A DNA stretch of 64,000 nt from Methylophilus sp. (GTDB taxonomy: Bacteria > Pseudomonadota > Gammaproteobacteria > Burkholderiales > Methylophilaceae), in NCBI RefSeq assembly GCF_035460085.1, contig NZ_DATHWZ010000090.1, positions 15,006 through 79,005 on the forward strand. Reading direction: 5' to 3'. Under the pieces are notes generated by a model. The model was not told the origin of the DNA. It searched no databases and saw only the letters and a program-made list of their open reading frames with translations. How positions within the stretch are numbered: the stretch's first letter is position 1; each line of letters starts with the position of its first letter. Position numbers and translations under genes: made by a program. Shown here piece by piece: positions 8,064 through 16,697 of the stretch.

Positions 8064-9386
8064 ATGCAACTGGAACAACTCAAACAAATCTCTGAAGACA
8101 TTATTCAATTGGCGAAACTGGCAGGCGCAAGCAGTGCAGAAGCAGAAGTCAGTTTTGGCACCGGGCAGAATGTCTCGGTTCGCCAGGGCGAGACTGAAAA
8201 TATCGAATATAACCGTGACAAAGGTTGCTCGGTTACGGTGTATTTTGGGCAGAGAAAAGGCTATGCCAGCACTTCTGACCTGAGTTTGCAGGCGCTTAAA
8301 GACACTGTTGAAGCCGCCTGTAATATTGCGAAATATACTGCGGAAGATCCTTTTTGCGGCCTGGCCGATGCTGAGCGTATGGCAACAGAATTCCCGGATT
8401 TGTCATTGCATCATCCGTGGGCTATCGATGTCGATCAGGCGCTGGCATTAGCCAAGCGATGTGAGTCTGCAGCTCTCGCGGTTGACACGCGTATCAGCAA
8501 TAGCGAAGGGGCAAGCGTTTACAGTCAAAGCGGCGCGTTTGTGTATGCGAATAGCCACGGCTTTGTTGGCGGTTACCCAAGTTCACGCCATAGCATCAGC
8601 TGTTCGGTCATTGCCGAGTCTAACAATCAGATGCAACGCGATTACTGGTATAGCAGTGCGCGCGATGCGCTGGATTTAGAGTCACCCGAACAAGTGGGCC
8701 ACATTGCCGGTTCACGCACGGTCAAGAGATTAGACGCTCGTCCGATCAAGACCGGCCAATACCCGGTCATGTTCGAAGCACCATTGGCGAGTGGCCTGAT
8801 AGGTACGCTGTTGAGTGCAATTTCAGGAGGCAATTTATACAGAAAGTCGTCATTCCTGCTTGATAGCCTGGGGCAAACAATTGCCAGCCCTACATTGCAT
8901 ATCGATGAAGACCCCTTCATCCTCAAAGGGGCGGGTAGCAGTCCGTTTGATAATGAAGGCGTAGCTTGCCAGAAGCGCACTCTGGTAGAAAATGGTGTAT
9001 TACAAGGCTATTTACTAGGCAGTTATTCTGCGCGCAAACTGGGCATGCAATCGAGCGGTAATGCCGGCGGCGCCCATAACATCCTGGTGCGCTCTACCGG
9101 CCACAATTTAGAGCAATTATTACATACCATGGGTACTGGCCTGCTGGTAACAGAGTTGCTCGGTCATGGCATGAATATGATCACTGGAGATTACTCACGT
9201 GGTGCGGCTGGTTACTGGGTGGAAAACGGGGTAATCACCCATCCGGTAGAAGAGATCACGATTGCCAGCAATATGCTGGAAATGCTGAAAGGCATAGTGG
9301 CGATCGGCAACGACATCATCCCGAATAATTCCAAGCTGACCGGCTCTATATTAATTGATCGTATGACCATCGCCTCGGCTGATTAG
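8064..9386 (+). CDS. pmbA: Metalloprotease PmbA (TldE)
   Basis: ETENIEYNRDKG, NSEGAS, MQRDYWYS, SGGNLYRKSSFLLD, FDNEGV, TGDYSRGAAGYWVENG motifs. Alternative start 8019. Confidence 0.95.
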   Translation: MQLEQLKQISEDIIQLAKLAGASSAEAEVSFGTGQNVSVRQGETENIEYNRDKGCSVTVYFGQRKGYASTSDLSLQALKDTVEAACNIAKYTAEDPFCGLADAERMATEFPDLSLHHPWAIDVDQALALAKRCESAALAVDTRISNSEGASVYSQSGAFVYANSHGFVGGYPSSRHSISCSVIAESNNQMQRDYWYSSARDALDLESPEQVGHIAGSRTVKRLDARPIKTGQYPVMFEAPLASGLIGTLLSAISGGNLYRKSSFLLDSLGQTIASPTLHIDEDPFILKGAGSSPFDNEGVACQKRTLVENGVLQGYLLGSYSARKLGMQSSGNAGGAHNILVRSTGHNLEQLLHTMGTGLLVTELLGHGMNMITGDYSRGAAGYWVENGVITHPVEEITIASNMLEMLKGIVAIGNDIIPNNSKLTGSILIDRMTIASAD

Positions 9387-9409
9387 TCCGTTGGATGCGA
9401 TGCAAAATT

Positions 9410-9443
9410 AAAAAGGCTTTGCAATGATTGCAAAGCCTTTTTT
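9410..9443. terminator. Bidirectional intrinsic terminator between convergent pmbA and mlaA
   Basis: AAAAAGGCTTTGCA-atgat-TGCAAAGCCTTTTT perfect inverted repeat with A/T tails. Confidence 0.9.
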
Positions 9444-9501
9444 GTAGCGCTTACCACTAATCGCCAGGTAATACTCAATACCTAAATTGATTAATATCCG
9501 A

Positions 9502-10581
9502 TCATTTAGCTTCCAGCGTTAGCAAGGTTTCATCTATACCCGCGACGACTTCAGTCTTCGCACTTTCCATGGCAGCCGGTTCTTCTGCAGCAGCAGGTTG
9601 TTGGCTCACTTGATCAAGCAATGATGGCAAGGCCTCCTCTGGTACAGCTTCAACGGCCGGAGTTTCAGTCAGATCAGCAGCAATATCAGGCGTGGCTTGC
9701 TCAGCAGACAGAGTTAATTCCTCTACAGCAGTCTGCTGAGACTCTACTGTTGCCGCATCTGTAGCGACCATATCTGCATGCTCTTCAATCGGTGCATCTG
9801 ATTGCAACACCACCGTTTCAGAAGCCTCTGGCTCAGTTGCTGCACCTTTTGCAGCTGGTTCATCTTCTGGCTCAAAGTCATCCTGCAATAACTCTGCCGG
9901 TACAATGCCATCCTGAACCTGGCTTGCACGGCGTTGCAGATAAGCATCACGCATGAAAGCATATGGATCGATAGAAGCATCATCCACCAGATCTTTGGCA
10001 TCCAGCAGTTGCGTACGCCTGTCTATAAACTGCACTAAACGTACCTGGTTGTGCGCGCGGATCTGGCCAGTGTTGTGCAGGTATGTAATCGGATCAGAAG
10101 TCACTGTATCAAATGCCAAGCCGCCCGCATCACGTACAGTGCTAGGGCCCAAGATCGGCAATACCAGATAAGGGCCTGAACCCACTCCCCAGTGACCTAA
10201 AGTCTGACCGAAGTCTTCCTGATGTTTTGGGATATTGTCTTTACTGGCGACGTCGATAATGCCCGCAATACCAAAGGTGGTATTGATCACGAAGCGCCCG
10301 GCATCGGTAAATGCCTGTGCAAATTTGAGTTGCAATAAATCGTTAACAACGGTGGTCAAAGTACCCAGGTTATTGAAGAAGTTGCTGATGCCCGTGCGTA
10401 CCGGTGTTGGTGTCACGGCCTTATACGCCTTCGCAACCGGCTTCATGGCATACTTATCGACCACGTCGTTAAATTTGTAAATCCCGCGGTTAACCCCTTC
10501 CAGCGGATCTTTATTGGTGGTCGCACACCCTGAAAGGCCAACAAGTACGGCAATCAATAAAACGGCTTTTAGTTTTTTCAT
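9502..10581 (-). CDS. mlaA: MlaA/VacJ lipoprotein with long acidic C-terminal extension
   Basis: Lipobox LSGC, DPLEGVNR, RFVINTTFGIAG, EDFGQTLGHWGV.SGPYLVLPILGPST.RD, DPYAFMRDAYLQRR, followed by about 134 extra E/A/P/T-rich residues. Confidence 0.95.
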   Translation of the reverse strand: MKKLKAVLLIAVLVGLSGCATTNKDPLEGVNRGIYKFNDVVDKYAMKPVAKAYKAVTPTPVRTGISNFFNNLGTLTTVVNDLLQLKFAQAFTDAGRFVINTTFGIAGIIDVASKDNIPKHQEDFGQTLGHWGVGSGPYLVLPILGPSTVRDAGGLAFDTVTSDPITYLHNTGQIRAHNQVRLVQFIDRRTQLLDAKDLVDDASIDPYAFMRDAYLQRRASQVQDGIVPAELLQDDFEPEDEPAAKGAATEPEASETVVLQSDAPIEEHADMVATDAATVESQQTAVEELTLSAEQATPDIAADLTETPAVEAVPEEALPSLLDQVSQQPAAAEEPAAMESAKTEVVAGIDETLLTLEAK

Positions 10582-10793
10582 ATTTGTCATTATATTTAAA
10601 TCAAGCGCTTCAATAGCATTAAAAAATTAGCTTAGTGCGTAACAAGCTTTATCACTTGCAAACACCCTGCAATCACTTTTATCGGCGCCGGTTTCAAAAA
10701 TTGAAGGGCAACAACGCTATCGCGATCTACAACGGAATCCTTACTACTACCTTACCAACTGCAGAATAAAACGAGTTTATTCTACATCAAATG

Positions 10794-12230
10794 TCATTTT
10801 TGCTTCACATTATTTTTGTATAGCAATAATGCCTGCTGCCTTTGTAGGGCGTGGTCTACAATCGCCATCGGGTAGTCTATTTGCGGCATACTTACAAACA
10901 AATCCTTTTTGCTTGAAACACCCTCCCATGGGGCATGAATCTTATGGTCATCAAGCCCCGACAACTCAGGGACATATTTACGGATAAACTGCCCTTTTGC
11001 ATCAAATTTCTCCGACTGTGACTGCGGATTAAAAATCCTGAAATAAGGTTGCGCGTCACATCCGGTGGAGGCTGCCCACTGCCAGCCGCCATTATTGGCG
11101 GCAAAATCAAAATCAATCAATTTCTCAGCGAAATACTGTTCGCCCCAACGCCAGTCAATCAACAGATCCTTGACGAGAAAACTGGCTACTACCATACGCA
11201 AGCGGTTATGCATGTAGCCGGTCTGATTCAACTGCCGCATCGCCGCATCCACAACCGGGAAGCCGGTACGTCCTTCACACCACGCAGCAAACCAGTCGCT
11301 GCTATTAGAGTAAGGCAGTTGGTCATATTCCAGCCTGTATGCGCGCTTTTGCAGTTGCAGATCCGGTCGGTGATAACACACCTGAAAGTAAAAGTCGCGC
11401 CAGATCAACTCACTTAACCAGGTGGCTGCACCTTCATTCCCCGCCAGTGACAATTGCCAGGCTGCAAGCGCCAACTGGCGAATCGAGATAGTGCCAAAGC
11501 GCAAATGCACCGACAAATAAGAGACACCTTTGATGGCAGGATAGTTGCGCGCTTCATGATAATCTTCAATGCGCTGTAAAAAGTCATCAAACAACTGTTG
11601 TGCGCCTGTAATACCCGTTGGCAAGCGCATCGTTTTTAAATTGGTACGGGAAAACCCAACGCTCTCCAGCGAGGGCATACTTTCAGCCTTGCAACTGGCC
11701 AACGACTTCAGGTAGCGTTGTACAGGATATGCCTTTAAGTAAAATGGATTCAGTTTGGCCAGATGCGCACGTTTATAAGGCGTAAATACACCATAAGGCT
11801 TGCCTGTCTGGGTAAGGATTTCGTCCTGCTCAAATAGCACCTGATCTTTGAATAAATGCAAGGTTTTGTCTAGGTGCAATAAAGCCTGCGCAACTTGCTC
11901 ATCTCGAGCAATGGCCAGCGGCTCATAATCACGATTGGCGTACACTGCGGCCACTTCAAGCTGCTGCGCCAACTTGGGGATTTCTGCAACAGCTTTGCCA
12001 TGGCGGATTAAAAGGTCGCCCTCCTTTTGCTGCAGCGCCTGTTTAAGCGCATTGAGACTTTCCCAGATAAACTCAACCCGCCGGTCGCACTTATCAGACA
12101 AGGCATCGAGGATGTCGGTATCAAACACAAACGCCACGTACACTTGCTCGTGACGCTTTAAGGCGTGATACAAGGCGGCATGATCATCAATGCGCAGGTC
12201 GCGACGCAACCAGACCAAAGCTTTAGACAT
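10794..12230 (-). CDS. phrB: Class I CPD DNA photolyase
   Basis: True start MSKALVWLRRDLRIDDH at 12230; SYLSVHLRFGTIS, ELIWRDFY, GYMHNRLRM, DFDFAANNGGWQW, YFRIFNP motifs. Confidence 0.96.
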   Translation of the reverse strand: MSKALVWLRRDLRIDDHAALYHALKRHEQVYVAFVFDTDILDALSDKCDRRVEFIWESLNALKQALQQKEGDLLIRHGKAVAEIPKLAQQLEVAAVYANRDYEPLAIARDEQVAQALLHLDKTLHLFKDQVLFEQDEILTQTGKPYGVFTPYKRAHLAKLNPFYLKAYPVQRYLKSLASCKAESMPSLESVGFSRTNLKTMRLPTGITGAQQLFDDFLQRIEDYHEARNYPAIKGVSYLSVHLRFGTISIRQLALAAWQLSLAGNEGAATWLSELIWRDFYFQVCYHRPDLQLQKRAYRLEYDQLPYSNSSDWFAAWCEGRTGFPVVDAAMRQLNQTGYMHNRLRMVVASFLVKDLLIDWRWGEQYFAEKLIDFDFAANNGGWQWAASTGCDAQPYFRIFNPQSQSEKFDAKGQFIRKYVPELSGLDDHKIHAPWEGVSSKKDLFVSMPQIDYPMAIVDHALQRQQALLLYKNNVKQK

Positions 12231-12232
12231 GA

Positions 12233-12700
12233 TTATTCCCGGTGATAAGGATGACCACTTAGGACCGTATGCGCACGATAGAGTTGCTCGGCCAGCATTA
12301 CACGCACCATGCCATGTGGCATGGTTAACTTCGAAAGGCTGAATAACCATTCTGCCTGTACCTTCAATTGCGCGTGTAAACCATCTGCCCCGCCAACCAC
12401 CAGCGACACATCGCGGCCCATTTCCTGCCAACTTTTTAACTTTTCTGCCAATTGCAATGTGGTCACAGCCTGACCACGTTCATCCAGCGCCACCAGGTAA
12501 TCTTTACCAGCAACTTCAAGGATACGTTTGGCCTCAGCTTCTTGTACCACTTCACTGTTTTTACCAGCGGCACGCTTGTCTGGCTTGATTTCGATGATGC
12601 GGGTTTCAAGCTCGCGCGGCATGCGCTTTAAATACTCGGCACAGGCGGACTCAACCCAGTCGGGCATTTTATGTCCCACCGAGATGATATTCAGCTTCAT
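12233..12700 (-). CDS. rlmH: 23S rRNA pseudouridine-1915 N3-methyltransferase
   Basis: MKLNIISVGHKMP, ALDERG, GGADGL, SLSKLTMPHGMVRVMLAEQLYRA, GHPYHRE motifs. Confidence 0.97.
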   Translation of the reverse strand: MKLNIISVGHKMPDWVESACAEYLKRMPRELETRIIEIKPDKRAAGKNSEVVQEAEAKRILEVAGKDYLVALDERGQAVTTLQLAEKLKSWQEMGRDVSLVVGGADGLHAQLKVQAEWLFSLSKLTMPHGMVRVMLAEQLYRAHTVLSGHPYHRE

Positions 12701-12851
12701 GCAGGGATGATGAGAAAGGTGATGCGGGAGAAATTAATATTTGTACTCACACTCAAAACCTTTGTGCAAAAACAAGCTCACTCTGGTGTTGGTGCCTGGT
12801 GCAATTTGCACTTTGTTCTGCGCAGACATAGTGAATTGCAAGCAGCTTAAA

Positions 12852-13226
12852 TTAAGCAGCAGAAGCTGCGCGACGCGATTGCGACTCGCTCCATAACTGC
12901 TCGAGGTTATAGTAGGCACGGGTGGCGGGCACCATGACATGGATGACAATCTCGTCCAGATCAACCAATACCCATTCACCGTCTTTTTCACCTTCGATGC
13001 CACGTGCGTCTACGCCTTTTTCTTTCAGCTTCTCGCGGACATTGTCGGCAATCGCCTTGCATTGGCGTGTGGAATTACCGCTCGCAACAATCATGTAGCT
13101 GGTGAGCGTCGTCATTTTATGCACATCCATGACTGTAATATCAAAGGCTTTAATATCTTCAAGCGCGTCAACGACGGCCAGTTTCATCTCTTCAAGGGAG
13201 ATACTTTTATCTATAGGTTGTTGCAT
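12852..13226 (-). CDS. rsfS: Ribosome silencing factor
   Basis: ALEDIKAFDI, MIVASGNS.RQ, EWVLVDLDEIVIHVM...R.YYNLEQLW motifs; upstream of rlmH. Confidence 0.95.
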   Translation of the reverse strand: MQQPIDKSISLEEMKLAVVDALEDIKAFDITVMDVHKMTTLTSYMIVASGNSTRQCKAIADNVREKLKEKGVDARGIEGEKDGEWVLVDLDEIVIHVMVPATRAYYNLEQLWSESQSRRAASAA

Positions 13227-13244
13227 ACGCACACTCAATGGGAT

Positions 13245-13625
13245 TTAGGCAGCTTGCGCCGGGATATGGTCTTTTTGCTCGACGATACGATTCTGCGCAT
13301 CGACATAGACCAGTTGTGGATGGTAGTTGGCTAATTCAGCTTCAGTATATTGTGAGTAAGAAGCGATAATGATCAGGTCATCCGGATCTGCTTTATGCGC
13401 AGCGGCACCATTGACGGAGATCACACCTGAGTGACGCTCGGCGCGAATCGCGTACGTCGTAAACCGCTCGCCATTGTTGATGTTGTAAATCTGGATCTGC
13501 TCATATTCACGGATATTTGCAGCTTCCAGCAAGGCTTCATCGATGGCGCAACTACCCTCGTAGTGCAGCTCGCTGTGCGTCACCCGCACCCGATGCAGCT
13601 TTGATTTCAACATGGTTCTTTGCAT
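13245..13625 (-). CDS. panD: Aspartate 1-decarboxylase
   Basis: [20 protein letters not shown] (GS self-cleavage site), [16 protein letters not shown] motifs. Confidence 0.98.
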   Translation of the reverse strand: MQRTMLKSKLHRVRVTHSELHYEGSCAIDEALLEAANIREYEQIQIYNINNGERFTTYAIRAERHSGVISVNGAAAHKADPDDLIIIASYSQYTEAELANYHPQLVYVDAQNRIVEQKDHIPAQAA

Positions 13626-13729
13626 TGCATCCCTTCGGTTAATTTCCCGCTAACGCGGAAAAGGTCGTAATTATAAAGTTATCAATAGCTTAGCGCAAAA
13701 TAATTTTCATAAAAACGTGCCGATTTATC

Positions 13730-14584
13730 CTACAGGTTGACTTCACAATTATCAATCAGACGGGTACTCCCTAATTTGGCCGCCGCCAGTATGACGAGTT
13801 CAGTTTCATCTTCTGATGGCTCACTCAAATCTAATTGGGACCGTATCTCTACATAATCAACCTGCCAGCCCTGTTGTTTCAGCACGGAAATGCTTCCCTG
13901 GCAAAGCGCTATGTAATCACGCCTGCCATGCTGCAAGGCAGTTCGCATACCTTGTAATTGCGCATATAACTGGGCGGCCTGATTTTTTTGTTGTGCCGTT
14001 AAATAGCCATTGCGGGAGCTCATCGCCAGCCCTGAGGGTTCGCGCATCGTGTCCATGCCAAGAATCTCAATACCAAAATTAAGCTGGCGTACCAGTGAAC
14101 GTATCACCATCAGTTGCTGGTAATCTTTTTTACCAAATACCGCCAGGTCAGGTTTGACCATATGAAACAACTTTGTGACTACCGTGGCGACACCTGCAAA
14201 ATGGCCTGGCCGGCTGGCTCCGCACAATATATCAGCCAAAGAGGATGGTTGTACAATCACCTGCTGCATTAAATCCTGCCCATTGAAATCAGGGTACACT
14301 TCATCAACCCCAGGCGCAAAAACAACATCTGCACCTACCGCGCGTAATTGCTCAACATCGGCTTGCAATGTACGCGGATAGCTGCCGAAATCTTCATTAG
14401 CACCAAACTGCAGTGGATTGACAAAAATACTGACTACCACAATATCCGTGCGGTTTTTAGCCTGGCTCACCAGTTGGCAATGCCCGGCATGCAAGTTACC
14501 CATGGTCGGCACAAAACCGATACGATTGCCTGCACAACCATCAAGGAAAGCGCGCAACTCGCGCAAAGTATGGAACAACTGCAT
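13730..14584 (-). CDS. panC: Pantoate--beta-alanine ligase
   Basis: FVPTMGNLHAGH, SIFVNPLQF, RPGHFAGVATVV.KLF, FGKKDYQQ, GLAMSSRN, RLIDN motifs. Confidence 0.97.
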   Translation of the reverse strand: MQLFHTLRELRAFLDGCAGNRIGFVPTMGNLHAGHCQLVSQAKNRTDIVVVSIFVNPLQFGANEDFGSYPRTLQADVEQLRAVGADVVFAPGVDEVYPDFNGQDLMQQVIVQPSSLADILCGASRPGHFAGVATVVTKLFHMVKPDLAVFGKKDYQQLMVIRSLVRQLNFGIEILGMDTMREPSGLAMSSRNGYLTAQQKNQAAQLYAQLQGMRTALQHGRRDYIALCQGSISVLKQQGWQVDYVEIRSQLDLSEPSEDETELVILAAAKLGSTRLIDNCEVNL

Positions 14585-14737
14585 GATAGTGCCACCCTTT
14601 GAAGGCTTAAGATCGCAGCAATATAACACAGCGCTGTCTGGCATTCGATGCTGTCAGCCATTTGACAAGCGGGCGAACCAACGCCTATAGTCGGTCATGC
14701 AATCTTGTATAAATAACAATTAAAGGAGTGTGAAGTT

Positions 14738-15154
14738 ATGAGTGTGGCATCCGAATTCAAACAATTTGCGTTAAAAGGCAACGTCATGGATCTGGCAGTC
14801 GGTGTAATCATCGGCGGTGCGTTTGGCAAAATCGTGGATTCTTTAGTCAACGATATCATCATGCCGGTGATCGGCAAGATTTTCGGCGGCTTTGATTTCA
14901 GCAATATGTATTTCCCGCTTAACGGCCAATCTGCCGACCTGGCTTTGGTAGAAGCAAAAAAACTGGGTGCCGTGCTGGCTTATGGTAATTTTATAACCAT
15001 CGTGCTCAACTTCATTATCCTGGCTTTTATCATCTTCCAGATGGTGAAATTCATGAATAGTCTGAAACAAGCTGAACCCGCGCCAGCACCAGCAGCAACG
15101 CCGGAAGATATTGTGTTGTTACGTGAAATTCGCGACAGCCTGAAGAAAAAATAA
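14738..15154 (+). CDS. mscL: Large-conductance mechanosensitive channel
   Basis: [36 protein letters not shown] and LLREIRD motifs. Confidence 0.98.
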   Translation: MSVASEFKQFALKGNVMDLAVGVIIGGAFGKIVDSLVNDIIMPVIGKIFGGFDFSNMYFPLNGQSADLALVEAKKLGAVLAYGNFITIVLNFIILAFIIFQMVKFMNSLKQAEPAPAPAATPEDIVLLREIRDSLKKK

Positions 15155-15175
15155 CCGTTTCAGACATGCATCAAC

Positions 15176-15204
15176 AATAAAGGGCGCTCAAGCGCCCTTT
15201 ATTT
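15176..15204. terminator. Intrinsic terminator after mscL, probably bidirectional
   Basis: AATAAAGGGCGC-tcaa-GCGCCCTTTATT. Confidence 0.9.
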
Positions 15205-15216
15205 AAACCTCAATTT

Positions 15217-15600
15217 TTAAGGCGTTGGTTGTATTTCATAAGTCTGACCCGATGTCGCATCTGAGCCATCATTATTTAAAAAAACAATCACGCTCACCTG
15301 GTCATCAATCAGGTCTAGCTCCGTGGTCGGGTAATAAGCGCCATGCGGATCTTTATTGATGTTGTGGTAATGCCAAATAGAAGCCACTACACGGCCACTG
15401 TCCTTTAGTTTGACATCTTCGGCGCGTGCGGGCTCACCCAGCAACGCAATAATCTCAGAGCGTTTAAGCTTGCCAATGGCAGTGACAAAGCCCTGCTCGT
15501 CTTCCGGGAATTTTTCAGTTGTATTGCCCGCCAGGGCGGTGCTGCTTAAAGTAATCAGCGCCAACGTTGCCAAGCTGGTAAACCAAGATTGTGTTTTCAT
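15217..15600 (-). CDS. Secreted hypothetical protein, possible BamE/SmpA-like fold
   Basis: Signal peptide ending ALA; RSEIIALLGEP...WHY resembles the BamE-type 'V..LLG.P...W.Y' pattern. Confidence 0.7.
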   Translation of the reverse strand: MKTQSWFTSLATLALITLSSTALAGNTTEKFPEDEQGFVTAIGKLKRSEIIALLGEPARAEDVKLKDSGRVVASIWHYHNINKDPHGAYYPTTELDLIDDQVSVIVFLNNDGSDATSGQTYEIQPTP

Positions 15601-15677
15601 TTTAACGCTCCTTTTCAGATAATCAGGCAATCAAAACAACGATTGGTTCTCACCAGCACGGCTCTCAGATAAGAGCG

Positions 15678-16538
15678 TTAAACAGATTCTATCGGATAAA
15701 CTTCTTCTGGCAACTGCTCCATCATAAGCACATGTACCCGACGGCTATCTGCATGCACCACAGTAACACTCAGGTTACCTATGCGGATCTGCTCGCCGCG
15801 TTTTGGTAAATGGCCGAAATGATTAACCACCAGGCCACCTACGGTAGAAAACTCTTCGTCACTGAACTCAGTGCCAATCGTCTCATTCAGCTCGCCAATT
15901 TCCGTCAGCGCCTTGACACGATATTTGCCCGCGTCTTGCAGGATAATATTGCCCTCATCCTCGTCGTCGTCATATTCATCTTCAATATCGCCGACAATTT
16001 GCTCGAGCACATCTTCAATGGTGACCATCCCTGCTACGCCACCATATTCATCCACCACAATGGCGATATGGTTGCGGTTGCTGCGAAACTCTTTCAACAG
16101 CACATTCAAGCGTTTGGATTCAGGAATAAATACAGCCGGACGCAACATGTCGCGTAATTCAAAGGTTTGATTGGCATAATAACGCAGCAAATCCTTGGCT
16201 AGAAGAATCCCGATGACATCATTTTTATCATCTTCGATCACGGGAAAACGTGAGTGGGCGGTTTCGATGACATATGGCAGAAAGGTCTCGGCTGGTTGCG
16301 CAATATCGATCACATCCATTTGTGAGCGCGGGATCATGACATCCCTGACTTGCATCTCGCTAACCTGCAGGACACCCTCAATCATGGCGAGGGAATCGCC
16401 ATCCATCAAGTGGTTTTCATAAGCCCCATGCAGCAACTCAACCAGTTGCTCGCGATCTTCTGGCTCGCGCAGAAGAAAATGACTTAATCGTTCTAATAAA
16501 GAGGGTTTATGGGACAACTTTTCCGGCTCAGAAGCCAT
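15678..16538 (-). CDS. corC: HlyC/CorC family CBS-domain protein
   Basis: VRDVMIPRSQM, HSRFPV, KRLNVLLKEFR.NRNHIAIVVDEYGG, EDVLEQIVGDIEDE motifs. Confidence 0.93.
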   Translation of the reverse strand: MASEPEKLSHKPSLLERLSHFLLREPEDREQLVELLHGAYENHLMDGDSLAMIEGVLQVSEMQVRDVMIPRSQMDVIDIAQPAETFLPYVIETAHSRFPVIEDDKNDVIGILLAKDLLRYYANQTFELRDMLRPAVFIPESKRLNVLLKEFRSNRNHIAIVVDEYGGVAGMVTIEDVLEQIVGDIEDEYDDDEDEGNIILQDAGKYRVKALTEIGELNETIGTEFSDEEFSTVGGLVVNHFGHLPKRGEQIRIGNLSVTVVHADSRRVHVLMMEQLPEEVYPIESV

Positions 16539-16697
16539 ATGTACTGCTGAAAACAGCATCCTGTATAAAGAGATGATTTAAGCATACATTAAAAACGATG
16601 AATATGTCACCTCCGGCCAGTGCCCTGTCAATGGTTTATGCCAGATTTAAGGTGGTTATTGGCACTTTTCGGCACAAATCTGCTAAATTAGCTCACT

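Noticed and set aside
12231-12431. 67-aa N-terminal extension of the photolyase ORF in the track
   Set aside because: It overlaps rlmH in another frame; the photolyase family N-terminus begins at ATG 12230.
12734-12829. 31-codon minus-strand ORF (MSAQNKVQ...) between rsfS and rlmH
   Set aside because: No RBS and no recognisable motif; such a length is expected by chance.
16665-16681. TGGCACTTTTCGGCAC as a sigma-54 promoter for the DUF748 gene
   Set aside because: GG-to-GC spacing is 9 nt rather than the required 10, and the TTGC element is missing.
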